The position numbers and the translations under genes were made by a program. From Candidatus Multivoradales bacterium (GTDB taxonomy: Bacteria; Acidobacteriota; Thermoanaerobaculia; Multivoradales; JAHEKO01), in the NCBI GenBank assembly GCA_965223155.1, contig CBDCVR010000014.1, positions 64,001-128,000 on the forward strand: a stretch of 64,000 nt of DNA, read 5' to 3'. Below the pieces are notes generated by a model. The model did not search any database. It worked only from the letters and a program-made list of their open reading frames with translations, and was not told the DNA's origin. Positions 29,958-40,843 of this stretch are shown in pieces. Each line of letters starts with the position of its first letter. The first letter of the stretch is position 1.

Positions 29958-31774
29958 TCGGCCTCCCTGATCGGGTTCCCGGGCGCGTCCCCGAGCGCTT
30001 CTTGGGCAAAGACCGACCAGCTCCGGACGCGGGGCTCGCGCCGGGCCCGCATCAGGCCGGCCGCGGCTTCCAGGGCCAGCCAGACCGCCAGTATCAGAAG
30101 GATGCAGCCGACGGCGAAGAGAACCAAACCGCCCTCGTGCCGCTGCCGCCAGAAGGCGCCAAGGTTGGCGGTCATGGCCACCAGGGTCGAGCCCAGCATG
30201 AACGCCATCGGCACTCCCGTAAACCAGGGATTGCGGCCGCGCTGCACCAGATAGAGGGTCACGACCATGAGCGCCAGGCCCGCCAGGAGCTGATTGGTGG
30301 TGCCAAAGAGCTGCCAGAGCGCCAGGCCCGCCGGCCGGCCGCCGATCTCGTAGAAGGCGAAAAACGCGATCACTCCGACCGCCAAGCCGGAGGCCACGAA
30401 GCGGTTGTCGAGCACGCGCCAGCCCAGGGTCTCGCCGATCTCCGAGATGTTGAAGCGCAGGAGGCGAGTCGCCGAATCGAGGGAGGTAAGCGCGAAGGAA
30501 ACCACCACCGCGGCTATGAAGGCGGTCGCCAGCCGCATGCTCACCGGGCCCAGGGCCTCGACGAAGCCGGCGGCACCGGTGATGAAGACGCCGATCTTGG
30601 CTCCCAACGACTGCATGGATCCCCAGTCGTGGTAGGTGGCCTGCCAGACCTCGCTCGCGGTCACGAGACCGTTGCCGCTGGCTCCGACAACTCCGGCGGT
30701 ACAGGCCAGAACCGCCAGCAGGCCCAGGAGCGACTCGCCGATCATGCCGCCGTAGCCGATGGCGCGGGCATCCGTTTCCGAGGCGATCTGCTTCGCCGTC
30801 GTGCCCGATGACACCAGCGAATGGAAGCCGCTGGCGGCCCCGCAGGCGATGATGATGAAGACGAAGGGGAAGAAGCTGGGCGCGCCCTCGGGATCCGCCC
30901 GAAAGGCCGGAGCCACGAACTCCGGACGGGAGACGAAGAACCCCAGGTAGGCCAGGCCCAGGCCCAGATAGAGCATCAGGGAATTCAGGAAGTCCCGAGC
31001 CTGAAGCAGGCTCCAGACCGGCAGCACCGAGGCCGCGAACGAGTAGACCAGGAGCACCACCATCCAGCCGCCAAGGCCCGGCCAGGCGGCTCGATCCAGA
31101 CCCAAGAGCGGCCAGCGCACGCCCACTCCCACCGAGGCCATCATCAGGAGAAAGCCGACGATCGTGGTCGGCAGCAACGGAAAGGACTTTCGGTACAGCA
31201 GGTAGCCCATCGCCAGAGCGAGAACGATGAGAACCGCGGAGGGCAGAACCGCGGTCGGAAAGGACGCCGGATCCGCCAAAGGCTGCTCCGGGTCCCAGCG
31301 CTCGCTGATCGAAAAGAGGACGGCGATGACGTAGACGAAGACCCCCATGGCCAAGGCCACGCCGAAGAAGATGATGAGATGGAACAGGGTCTTGGCGCGG
31401 GCGCCGACGATGCCCTCGGTCACCTTACCGATCGACATGCCGCGGGCGCGCATGCTGACCACGAGCGAGCCGAAGTCGTGCACGCAGCCCACCAGGACCG
31501 CACCCAGGACCACCCACAGCATCGCCGGCAGCCAGCCCCAGATGACCGCCACCGCCGGACCCAGCATCGGCGAGAGGCCGGTGATCGAGGCCCAGTGGTG
31601 CCCGAAGAGCACCACCCGGCGGGTGGGAACGTAATCGACGCCGTCGGGAGCGACCCGCGCCGGAGTCGGACGGTTCGGATCCAGGACGAAGACCCGTCGG
31701 GCCAGATGGCGCGAGTAGAACCAATAGCCCAGAAAGTAGCCGAGAAAGCACAGGGCGGTGGCGAACGCGGCCAT
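29954..31774 (-). CDS. cstA: Carbon starvation protein A transporter
   Basis: DGVDYVPT..LFGHH, PVWSLLQARD, IACGAASGFHSL, LFGTTNQLLA. Confidence 0.92.
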   Translation of the reverse strand: MAAFATALCFLGYFLGYWFYSRHLARRVFVLDPNRPTPARVAPDGVDYVPTRRVVLFGHHWASITGLSPMLGPAVAVIWGWLPAMLWVVLGAVLVGCVHDFGSLVVSMRARGMSIGKVTEGIVGARAKTLFHLIIFFGVALAMGVFVYVIAVLFSISERWDPEQPLADPASFPTAVLPSAVLIVLALAMGYLLYRKSFPLLPTTIVGFLLMMASVGVGVRWPLLGLDRAAWPGLGGWMVVLLVYSFAASVLPVWSLLQARDFLNSLMLYLGLGLAYLGFFVSRPEFVAPAFRADPEGAPSFFPFVFIIIACGAASGFHSLVSSGTTAKQIASETDARAIGYGGMIGESLLGLLAVLACTAGVVGASGNGLVTASEVWQATYHDWGSMQSLGAKIGVFITGAAGFVEALGPVSMRLATAFIAAVVVSFALTSLDSATRLLRFNISEIGETLGWRVLDNRFVASGLAVGVIAFFAFYEIGGRPAGLALWQLFGTTNQLLAGLALMVVTLYLVQRGRNPWFTGVPMAFMLGSTLVAMTANLGAFWRQRHEGGLVLFAVGCILLILAVWLALEAAAGLMRARREPRVRSWSVFAQEALGDAPGNPIREAE

Positions 31775-31779
31775 TCCGG

Positions 31780-32487
31780 CTAGTCCGGGATCGTCAGCGA
31801 TCGACCGCTGTCGGAAGCGTCCAGCGCCAACAGAAACGGGACCGCCCGGCGCGCCCACTCGGCCGGCGCCGGATGCGCGGCGGCGGCGTCCCCCCAGGCG
31901 GTCCGGAGCATGTCGGTGTCGATCACCCCGGGGCTCAAAGGCACCGCCACCATGCCCTCGGGCAGGGCCAGGGCCAGGGACTTGGTCAAACCCTCGAGAC
32001 CGTACTTGCTGGCGTTGTAGGGCCCCACCACCGGCGAAGCCGAACGCCCCCAGCCGGAGCTGAAGTTGACGATGACCCCGGTGCCTCGTTCCACCATGGC
32101 CGGCACGAAGGCCCGGCAGACGGAAAAGACGGCGTTCAAGTTGACCGCGACGACACGCTCGAATTCTTCGACCTCGATCTCCCACAGGGGCGCAGGCTGG
32201 TTGATAACTCCGGCGTTGTTGATCAGGTAGTCCGGCGCCCCGTACTCGTCCAGAACCCAAGCCGCCCAGGCGGCGATCGCCTGCCGGTCGGTGACGTCGA
32301 CCTGGCCGGTCTCGAGAGCGGCGCCGTGGACGGTTCCGAGCTCGCCCCGGAGCGACTCCAGGCCGCCGCTCGAGCGGCCGCAGCCGTTGACGGTATAGCC
32401 TCGGTTGGCGAATTCCAGAGCCAGGGCCCGGCCCAGCCCCCTGGTGATCCCGGTAATGACGACGTGCTTACCAGCTTCCGGATGCAC
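31780..32487 (-). CDS. SDR-family oxidoreductase
   Basis: TGITRGLG, INNAG, YNASK; GTG after GGAGG. Confidence 0.9.
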   Translation of the reverse strand: MHPEAGKHVVITGITRGLGRALALEFANRGYTVNGCGRSSGGLESLRGELGTVHGAALETGQVDVTDRQAIAAWAAWVLDEYGAPDYLINNAGVINQPAPLWEIEVEEFERVVAVNLNAVFSVCRAFVPAMVERGTGVIVNFSSGWGRSASPVVGPYNASKYGLEGLTKSLALALPEGMVAVPLSPGVIDTDMLRTAWGDAAAAHPAPAEWARRAVPFLLALDASDSGRSLTIPD

Positions 32488-33388
32488 CGCCCCCTCCGAA
32501 ACTGCCGCCGCCACCCGAGAATCCGCCCCCGCCTCCACCACTCCAGCCACCACCCCCGCCCGAGGTCCAGTTGGTCCAGCCCGGATGCGAGCTGACCCAG
32601 CGCTTGCCGGCACCGGTACTGCTCAGGATGAGCTTCAGGATCGGAAATCCCACCACCCAAGCGGCCAGCGAGACCAAGCCGACCTTGGGCGACAGGAACG
32701 CGGCCGGAAAGGCGCCCCAAAACGGCATCAGGAAGACGTACAGAAACCAGCTCTGGCAACCCGGGCTGAAGAGGGCAACGAGCGAGAACATCCCGACCAC
32801 CAGCAGGAACAGGCCGCCGGCGGCCAGCCGTCCGCCCAGATCGCCCAATCCCGGGGCAAAGTCGTGGGCCGGCGCCGACGCCGGGATGACGTCGCCGCCC
32901 GCGAGCGTGCCCAGAATGGCGTCGATCCCCTGTTCGATGCCGCCGTCGAAGTCGCCGGCCCGGAAATGCGGGGTCAAGATGTTGCGCAGGATCCGGCCGC
33001 TCTGGGCGTCGGTCAGGGCGCCCTCCAGGCCATAGCCCACCTCGATTCGCATCTTGCGGTCGTCCCGGGCGACGAGGAGCAGCACGCCGTCGTCGACACC
33101 GGCGCGGCCCAAGGCCCAGGTCTCGGCCACCCGCAGCGAGAAAGACTCCAGAGCGTCACCCTCCAGCGAGGCTACGGTGAGCACCGCGACCTGGTTGCCG
33201 GTCTCGGCCTCGTGCGCCTCGAGCTTGGCGGTGATCCGCTCCTCGGCGGCCGCCGACAGGATCTCGGCGTAGTCGTTGACCCGTCCCGCCAGAAACGGCA
33301 CCTCGAGGCCGGTCGCGGCGGTGGCGAGCGTCAAGGCCGCCAGTAGCGCGAACAATGCGGCCCCGGACCGCAGGCAGGGCCTAGTCAT
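32468..33388 (-). CDS. TPM-domain protein (YgcG-like) with Gly-rich tail
   Basis: RVNDYA, RIEVGYGLEGALTD, GGGSFGGGGASGSW. Confidence 0.92.
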   Translation of the reverse strand: MTRPCLRSGAALFALLAALTLATAATGLEVPFLAGRVNDYAEILSAAAEERITAKLEAHEAETGNQVAVLTVASLEGDALESFSLRVAETWALGRAGVDDGVLLLVARDDRKMRIEVGYGLEGALTDAQSGRILRNILTPHFRAGDFDGGIEQGIDAILGTLAGGDVIPASAPAHDFAPGLGDLGGRLAAGGLFLLVVGMFSLVALFSPGCQSWFLYVFLMPFWGAFPAAFLSPKVGLVSLAAWVVGFPILKLILSSTGAGKRWVSSHPGWTNWTSGGGGGWSGGGGGGFSGGGGSFGGGGASGSW

Positions 33389-34052
33389 CGCGGACCCGCA
33401 GATCGTCACTCAGCTCGTCGGTGTCGTCCGGCCGGATGTCGACGCCATGCGTCTCCAGGAGCTCGCCGCAAGCAGTGACCGCCTCGACCAGCGCCGCCGC
33501 GGGCTCACCGCGCCGGATGCCCGCCACCAGCCCGGCGACGATGGCTTCCCACTCGCCGGGATCCACGGCCCGGTTGATGCCTTCGTCGCCGAGCACCACG
33601 ACCTGATGCTCGAAGAGCGACAGGAAGACCAGGATCCCGGTCCGGTCTCGGGTCTTGAACACCTCCTCCTCCAGAAACGCGACCGCCGCCCGGCGACGGG
33701 TCCGCCGCTTGAGTGTTCTGGCGCCCACCAGCCAGCGCCGGAGCACCGGTACCAGGGTCACCGCCGCCCAGCCCAGCGCGGCTCCGGAAAACACCGGCAG
33801 GGCGATTGCGACCAGGGGCGAGGGCGGCCACCAATCCGTGTAGAGGCCAAAGGCCGCGGCAAGGAGGGAGCCTAGAAGCGCTCCGAGCAGGGCCGACTGA
33901 TAGGTCGCCTCGACGTAGGCGTCGCTCTCAGCCACGACGTAGGGCACGATCTCGCCCGAGGTGCGGCGCTCGGCGCGGTCCACCGCCGTGCGCACCGCGG
34001 CCTCGGCCTCGGGGCTGAAGAGCTCGTCCAGTCTCGGCATCGGTAGGCGCAT
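33381..34052 (-). CDS. TPM-domain membrane protein
   Basis: AERRTSGEIV, TRDRTGILVFLSLFE, DELSD. Confidence 0.88.
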   Translation of the reverse strand: MRLPMPRLDELFSPEAEAAVRTAVDRAERRTSGEIVPYVVAESDAYVEATYQSALLGALLGSLLAAAFGLYTDWWPPSPLVAIALPVFSGAALGWAAVTLVPVLRRWLVGARTLKRRTRRRAAVAFLEEEVFKTRDRTGILVFLSLFEHQVVVLGDEGINRAVDPGEWEAIVAGLVAGIRRGEPAAALVEAVTACGELLETHGVDIRPDDTDELSDDLRVRDD

Positions 34053-34154
34053 TCTAGCGGCAGGATCGCTCTGCACGAGCGCCCCCGCTAGCAGCCAGAC
34101 CGCGGCTCTCCCAGCGTGATAGAACAGCGCGAGCTCATCGAAAGGAGATCCGCG

Positions 34155-35847
<1,693 letters not shown>

Positions 35848-35925
35848 CTACGCGGAGGCGGCGGAAGCGGCGGAGGCGGCGATCCCGAGCGGCGCCAATC
35901 CGGCCCGCTCAGGCCGGCGCCGGAC

Positions 35926-36666
35926 CTACTGGAGCGAGAAGCGGACGGTGATGGTCACCAGGACCTTGACCGGCTGGCCCGAGCGCAGGGCCGGCCGGAA
36001 CTTCCAGCCCATCGCCGTCTCGACCGCCGACTCGGCCAGGCCGTGCGGCAAGCCCTTGAGCACCCGGGCTCCGGTCACGTCGCCCCGCTCGTCGACCACG
36101 ACCTCGAGAATCACGACCCCCTCGATGCGCGCCAGCCTCCCGGCCTCGGTGTACCTCGGGGTCGGATAGTGAATCTTGACCGGCGGCGCGATGTCCCCGG
36201 AAAGCCGTACCGCCCCGGTCGCGTCGAAACCGGGCCCCGGCGGTCCGTCGGGAATGCCGTAGAAGGCGGCTTCGTCGCTTGCCGGCACCAGGGTCGGGAC
36301 CGTGACCTCCTCGAGCACGATGGGCTCGGGATCGTCAGGTGTCGGATCGGGAATCGGGATCCGGCGGGTCCGCGGCTTCGGAATCTCCTGACGCGCGGCC
36401 GCGGGCGGCGGCGGCTGGAAGCGCACCGGCTTGACCACGAAGACCTCCTGCGGGCTGCCCACCCGGTACACCTTCGCCTTCGACGCCGGCAAGGTCACCA
36501 GAAAGAGGGCGACGTGCGCCACCACAGCGAGCACCACCGCCCGCCGCAGCACCCGCCGCTCTTCCGGACGATCTTCCTCCAAGTAGGGCACGTGCCCCAG
36601 GTGGACGCCCAGGACCCGACTCGTTTCGGTCCCGCTCAATCGTTGCCAGCTGTCGCTATCGAACAT
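35926..36666 (-). CDS. Energy transducer TonB
   Basis: TM with AVVAH, Pro-rich linker, PRYTEAG..IEGVVIL..WKFRPA. Confidence 0.9.
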   Translation of the reverse strand: MFDSDSWQRLSGTETSRVLGVHLGHVPYLEEDRPEERRVLRRAVVLAVVAHVALFLVTLPASKAKVYRVGSPQEVFVVKPVRFQPPPPAAARQEIPKPRTRRIPIPDPTPDDPEPIVLEEVTVPTLVPASDEAAFYGIPDGPPGPGFDATGAVRLSGDIAPPVKIHYPTPRYTEAGRLARIEGVVILEVVVDERGDVTGARVLKGLPHGLAESAVETAMGWKFRPALRSGQPVKVLVTITVRFSLQ

Positions 36667-36703
36667 GGTTCCGGATGCCTTCGGAGAGGAGCCTTGCCCT
36701 CGC

Positions 36704-36867
36704 GGCGAGTCCCGTCTCCTCTCTACTAGTGCCTACGAGATCCCGGTACGCCGGGTTCAGCAAGCCAGTCCCACCTCCATCGACCCGGATTCGTGCCCGC
36801 CGGAGCCGGTCGGAGCCAGCCGGAGCCTGAAGATCTCATCGGAGGCAGGTTCGAAACGGGACTCGCC
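36704..36867 (-). ncRNA. Candidate structured RNA (rod-like, about 165 nt) upstream of tonB
   Basis: 15-bp closing stem GGCGAGUCCCGUUUC/GAGACGGGACUCGCC with nested UGCCU/AGGCA, GAGAUC/GAUCUC, UUCAG/CUGAA, CGACC/GGUCG; G-U pairs favour the minus strand. Confidence 0.5.
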
Positions 36868-36928
36868 AACCGAAACAGCCGCTCCCGCGCCGGTTCCGGA
36901 CGGGCTTCGGCCTCGCCAGCCGAAAACC

Positions 36929-36945
36929 ATGCAAGGCGCGGGCCC
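36929..36945 (-). promoter_or_regulatory. Possible sigma-54 promoter
   Basis: GGGCCCGCGCCTTGCAT: GG-N10-GC with TTGCA, imperfect -24 box. Confidence 0.35.
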
Positions 36946-36983
36946 GGAGACCCGACCGTCTTGGCGCCTTGCTCCGGCCCCTT

Positions 36984-37481
36984 TTAGGGACTCTCGCGCG
37001 GATCGCCTTCGGCCAGTACGGCTTCCGCCCGCGCCGAGCGGTTGGCCCGAACCGCCTCGGCCGCCTCCGCCCGCGCCAGACCGACGATCTGAGCGGCCAG
37101 GATGGCGGCGTTGACCGCTCCCGCCTTGCCTATGGCGAGGGTTCCGACCGGGATCCCGGCCGGCATCTGCACGGTCGAGAGCAGTGAATCGAGTCCGTCC
37201 AGCTTCGAGTCCATGGGCACGCCCAAGACCGGCTTGGTGGTATGCCCGGCCACTACGCCGGCCAAATGAGCTGCGCCGCCGGCGGCGGCAATGAAAACCT
37301 GCACGCCGGCCGCCTCGGCCTCGTCCAGGAACCGGCCCAGGGCCGCCGGCGTCCGGTGCGCCGAGAGAATCCGAACTTCGTGCCCGACGCCCAGCTCGTC
37401 GAGCGTCCTCGAGGCATGCTCCATGACTCCCCAATCCGACCGAGATCCCATCACCACCGCTACCAAAGGCCCATCCGTCAC
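36984..37481 (-). CDS. purE: N5-carboxyaminoimidazole ribonucleotide mutase
   Basis: [34 protein letters not shown]. Confidence 0.97.
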   Translation of the reverse strand: MTDGPLVAVVMGSRSDWGVMEHASRTLDELGVGHEVRILSAHRTPAALGRFLDEAEAAGVQVFIAAAGGAAHLAGVVAGHTTKPVLGVPMDSKLDGLDSLLSTVQMPAGIPVGTLAIGKAGAVNAAILAAQIVGLARAEAAEAVRANRSARAEAVLAEGDPRESP

Positions 37482-38524
37482 GCTTCGTCCTCCTCGTCCA
37501 GTCGTTGTTTGAGCCGGCGGATCTCGCGTTGCATCTTCGCCAGCTTTCCCAGAAGTACTTGAATCCTCATCTCCTCGACCTTGGGCCGGGCCGGGTTGCC
37601 CCAGACCACCTGCCCCGGCTCGACGTCCTTGAAGGTCACCGCGCAAGCGCCCACTTGAGCGCCCGCCCCGATCCGCACGTTATCCGCGCTGCCCGAGCGA
37701 CCGGCGAAGACGACCCCGTCGCCGATCTCCACCGAGCCCGAGATCGCGGTCAGGGGCAGGAGCAGGACGTGCTCCCCGATCCGGCAGTTGTGACCCACGT
37801 GGACCAAATCGCCGATCTTGGTCCCCGCGCCGATCACGGTGGCGTCGAGCGTGGCCCGATCCACGGTCGCCAGCGCGCCAACCTCGACGTCCTCTCCGAC
37901 GACCACGGTCCCCACCTGCGGAACCCGGGTGTGGCCGCTCTCGTCCGAGACGAAGCTGTACCCGTCCGAGCCCAGGACCGCACCGGCATGGACGGTCACC
38001 CGCTCGCCCAGAACCACGTCCTCGCGCAAGACCGCGTTCGGGTGGAGCACGCAATCTTCGCCGACGACGCACCGGCGGCCCACGAAGGCGCCGCCATGAA
38101 TCACTGTGCGGTCCCCGATCACGGCCTGCTCGCGCACCACCGCACCCGCGCCCACGACCACGTCGTCGCCGAGCCGGGCCGAATCCGCGACCTGGGCACT
38201 GGGATGAACGCCCGGCACCTCGGCGCGCTGCCGGACCACGATCCACTCCAGCAGCCGGCCCAGGGCCAGACGCGGCTCGGTCACGGCCAGGAGGGGGGCC
38301 CGGCCGCGCAGGCGATCCACGAGATCGCGCGGCGCGATGAGCGCCCCGGCCTCGGAGCTGAGAGCGGCCTCCAGATGCGCGGCGCCCCGAACGTAGGAAA
38401 GATCCGAGGGGCCCGCGAGCGCCAGGCGGGTGACCAACCGGCAGCGAAACTCGCCGTCGCCCACGACCTCGCCGTCGCCCACGAGAGACGCGACCTCCGC
38501 CAGCGTCAGCCCCAGCTTAGCCAA
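37478..38524 (-). CDS. lpxD: LpxD-like N-acyltransferase, copy A
   Basis: N-terminal uridine-binding-like domain, hexapeptide repeats, [34 protein letters not shown]. Confidence 0.85.
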   Translation of the reverse strand: MAKLGLTLAEVASLVGDGEVVGDGEFRCRLVTRLALAGPSDLSYVRGAAHLEAALSSEAGALIAPRDLVDRLRGRAPLLAVTEPRLALGRLLEWIVVRQRAEVPGVHPSAQVADSARLGDDVVVGAGAVVREQAVIGDRTVIHGGAFVGRRCVVGEDCVLHPNAVLREDVVLGERVTVHAGAVLGSDGYSFVSDESGHTRVPQVGTVVVGEDVEVGALATVDRATLDATVIGAGTKIGDLVHVGHNCRIGEHVLLLPLTAISGSVEIGDGVVFAGRSGSADNVRIGAGAQVGACAVTFKDVEPGQVVWGNPARPKVEEMRIQVLLGKLAKMQREIRRLKQRLDEEDEA

Positions 38525-38527
38525 CGG

Positions 38528-39583
38528 TCATTTCTCCTGCGGCCCGCCGCCACCCGCCGCTCCCGATCGCGACTTCTTGAGCCGCCGCACGTCGCGCACG
38601 AGTTGCGGCAGCTTGGCAAGCGCCGTTTGAATCCGCATCTCCTGAAGCTTGGGCCGCGCCGGACGTCCCCAAACCTCAGCGTCGTCCTCGAGGTCGTCAA
38701 AGATGGTCGAACCACCCCCCACCCGGACGCGCTTGCCAAGCTTGCGGTTGTCGGCGCTGCTCGAGCGCGCCGCGATCAGGCTCTCCTCGCCTACCTCCAC
38801 CGAGCCAGCGAGCGCCACCAGGGGCAAGAGCAGCACGTTGGGCCCGACCTTGCCGTTGTGGCCGACGTGGACCATGTCGCCCAGCTTGCTCCCCTCGGCG
38901 ATGACGGTCTTGCCGAAGGTCGCGCCATCGATGGTCGAGAGAGCGCCAATCTCGACCTCGTCGCCGATCTCGACGCCGCCCACCTGGGGGATCTTGAAAG
39001 GCCGGCCCGGGCGCGGCAGGAAACCGTAGCCCTCCGAGCCCAGCACCGAACCGGAGCGGATGATCACCCGATCGCCCAGGCTCACGTCCTCGCGCAGGAC
39101 CACGTTGGGATGGAGGACGCAGTCCGAGCCGATCCTGCAGCGGGGTCCCACGAAGACGTTGGCGTGAACCGCCGTGCGGTCGCCGACGCGAACCCCGGCC
39201 TCGATCACCGCCCCCGGGCCGACCTCCACGTCGGCGCCCAGGACCGCGGCCTCGTCGACCACCGCGCGCGGGTGGACGCCCGGCCGCAGGGGCCGCTTCT
39301 CAGCCGCGAGCCGCCCCAGGAGCCGGGTCAGCGCCTCAAAGGGCCGGTCCAGGATGAGTTGATGGGCCTGGGACTCGGCCAGCCGCTCGGGCACCAGCAA
39401 AGCGCCGGCCTGTGAGCGCAGGGCCTGGGGCACGTTACGCCGCTCCTTGACGAAGGAAAGGTCTTCGGGACCTGCGTCCTCGAGCCCTCGGAGCTCGCGA
39501 CAGACAAACTCCGGATCGCCGGCGACCTCGCCCTGATCCAGGATCTGCCGCAGCTCGCCCAGGGTAATTGCCAGCCGCGCCAT
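38528..39583 (-). CDS. lpxD: LpxD-like N-acyltransferase, copy B
   Basis: Same architecture; GSEGYGF, KIPQVG, DGATFG, KLGDMVHVGHN, WGRPA. Confidence 0.85.
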   Translation of the reverse strand: MARLAITLGELRQILDQGEVAGDPEFVCRELRGLEDAGPEDLSFVKERRNVPQALRSQAGALLVPERLAESQAHQLILDRPFEALTRLLGRLAAEKRPLRPGVHPRAVVDEAAVLGADVEVGPGAVIEAGVRVGDRTAVHANVFVGPRCRIGSDCVLHPNVVLREDVSLGDRVIIRSGSVLGSEGYGFLPRPGRPFKIPQVGGVEIGDEVEIGALSTIDGATFGKTVIAEGSKLGDMVHVGHNGKVGPNVLLLPLVALAGSVEVGEESLIAARSSSADNRKLGKRVRVGGGSTIFDDLEDDAEVWGRPARPKLQEMRIQTALAKLPQLVRDVRRLKKSRSGAAGGGGPQEK

Positions 39584-39638
39584 CAGCCGATCCTATCCAT
39601 CTTTGCCCACGCTCGCAGGCGAGCCGCCCGCGGCCCCG

Positions 39639-40049
39639 CTACAAGTCGAACAGAGCGTCGAAGGCTGCGCGAGCGTCCTCTGGACGATCGGAGTCTCCGA
39701 CCTCTTGCACGACCTTGACCTCGAAGCGGTCGCACTCGTTGTCGGCGGCCTTGCCGGCGATGCGCTCGGGCACCGGCAAGCGGCATTCGAAGCGGGCGGA
39801 GGGATCGAAGTGCCGGCAATTCGTGCAGGTGTGAAGGTGCGCGCCGCAGGCTCCGCAGACGGCGCCCGGAGCCGGCGCGGCCGTGACGCGCGCGCCACAG
39901 CGGGCGCACTTGGACCGTTCTCCGACCGGTTTTCCCAAACCGCGGCCCCGGGGGCCCGCCTCCCGCCGGCCGGCGGCCGGACGCTCGGCCTTCTCCCGTC
40001 GCGGAGTGTCGTCCTGATAGCCGCGCTGGCGGTACTTCCGATCACTCAT
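39639..40049 (-). CDS. Small Cys-rich putative zinc-binding protein
   Basis: MSDRKYRQRGYQD; CARC, CGAC, HTCTNC plus two more Cys; DARAAFDALF. Confidence 0.8.
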   Translation of the reverse strand: MSDRKYRQRGYQDDTPRREKAERPAAGRREAGPRGRGLGKPVGERSKCARCGARVTAAPAPGAVCGACGAHLHTCTNCRHFDPSARFECRLPVPERIAGKAADNECDRFEVKVVQEVGDSDRPEDARAAFDALFDL

Positions 40050-40168
40050 GCGACCGTACCCATAGCAACATGCAAATGCATCGTAATCTGTTTCCACGAC
40101 GCGGCGCTGGGGATATGCTACTCGGGCTCGCTTCTAAACCAGGCTCCGCAGTCCGTCCGAGCTGCATC

Positions 40169-40843
40169 ATGACCCAAGAACGCAGGAGACACAAAAGGCA
40201 CGCCGTCGAGAGCGTCACCGGCACCTTCCAGTTCTCGACCGAGGCGCGAGTCCTCAACATGAGCCTCGACGGCATGTCGCTCGAAGCTTCCAGCCCACTC
40301 AAGATCGGCCGCGTCTATCGACTCCGCCTGGAACAGAACAACCGATCGCTGCCGCTCGAAGGTACGGTCGTCTGGTGCACCTTGATTCGCACCCGCCGCG
40401 ACGATCGGGGAGAGGTCCAGCCGGTGTACCGCGCGGGCATCCATCTCAACGACGTCTTGAGCGGCCGCGCCCAGAAGCTGCGCGACTTCATTCACCAGAA
40501 CGCGATCGTCAGCCTCGAGAACCGCATGTTCGGACGCTTCCGGCTGGAGGACGAGCGCTCGGCGGACCTGTCCCTGGAAGCCGAGTTCGTCCTGCGCGAG
40601 CTCAGCGCCTCGGGAATGCTGATTGAATCCGACGTGGCTCCCGAAGTCGGCACGGACTGCCACCTCGAGGTGGAGTTGGGCGAGCTGCGCTTCGACGCGA
40701 CCGCGCACGTGACTCGCATGGAGCGCATCAGCCCGACCGAAGCAGAAGGCCTCGAACGGATGCTCCTGGGCATCCAGTTCCATGAGCTCTCCGAGTCCTC
40801 CCGGAAGGCCCTAGACGGCTTCCTGAAGAGCGAGTCGGCCTGA
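40169..40843 (+). CDS. Tandem PilZ-domain protein
   Basis: RRHKR + NMSLDG, then RMFGR + ELSASG. Confidence 0.85.
   Translation: MTQERRRHKRHAVESVTGTFQFSTEARVLNMSLDGMSLEASSPLKIGRVYRLRLEQNNRSLPLEGTVVWCTLIRTRRDDRGEVQPVYRAGIHLNDVLSGRAQKLRDFIHQNAIVSLENRMFGRFRLEDERSADLSLEAEFVLRELSASGMLIESDVAPEVGTDCHLEVELGELRFDATAHVTRMERISPTEAEGLERMLLGIQFHELSESSRKALDGFLKSESA

Noticed and set aside
31775-32260. Long N-terminal extension of cstA
   Set aside because: Overlaps the SDR gene in another frame
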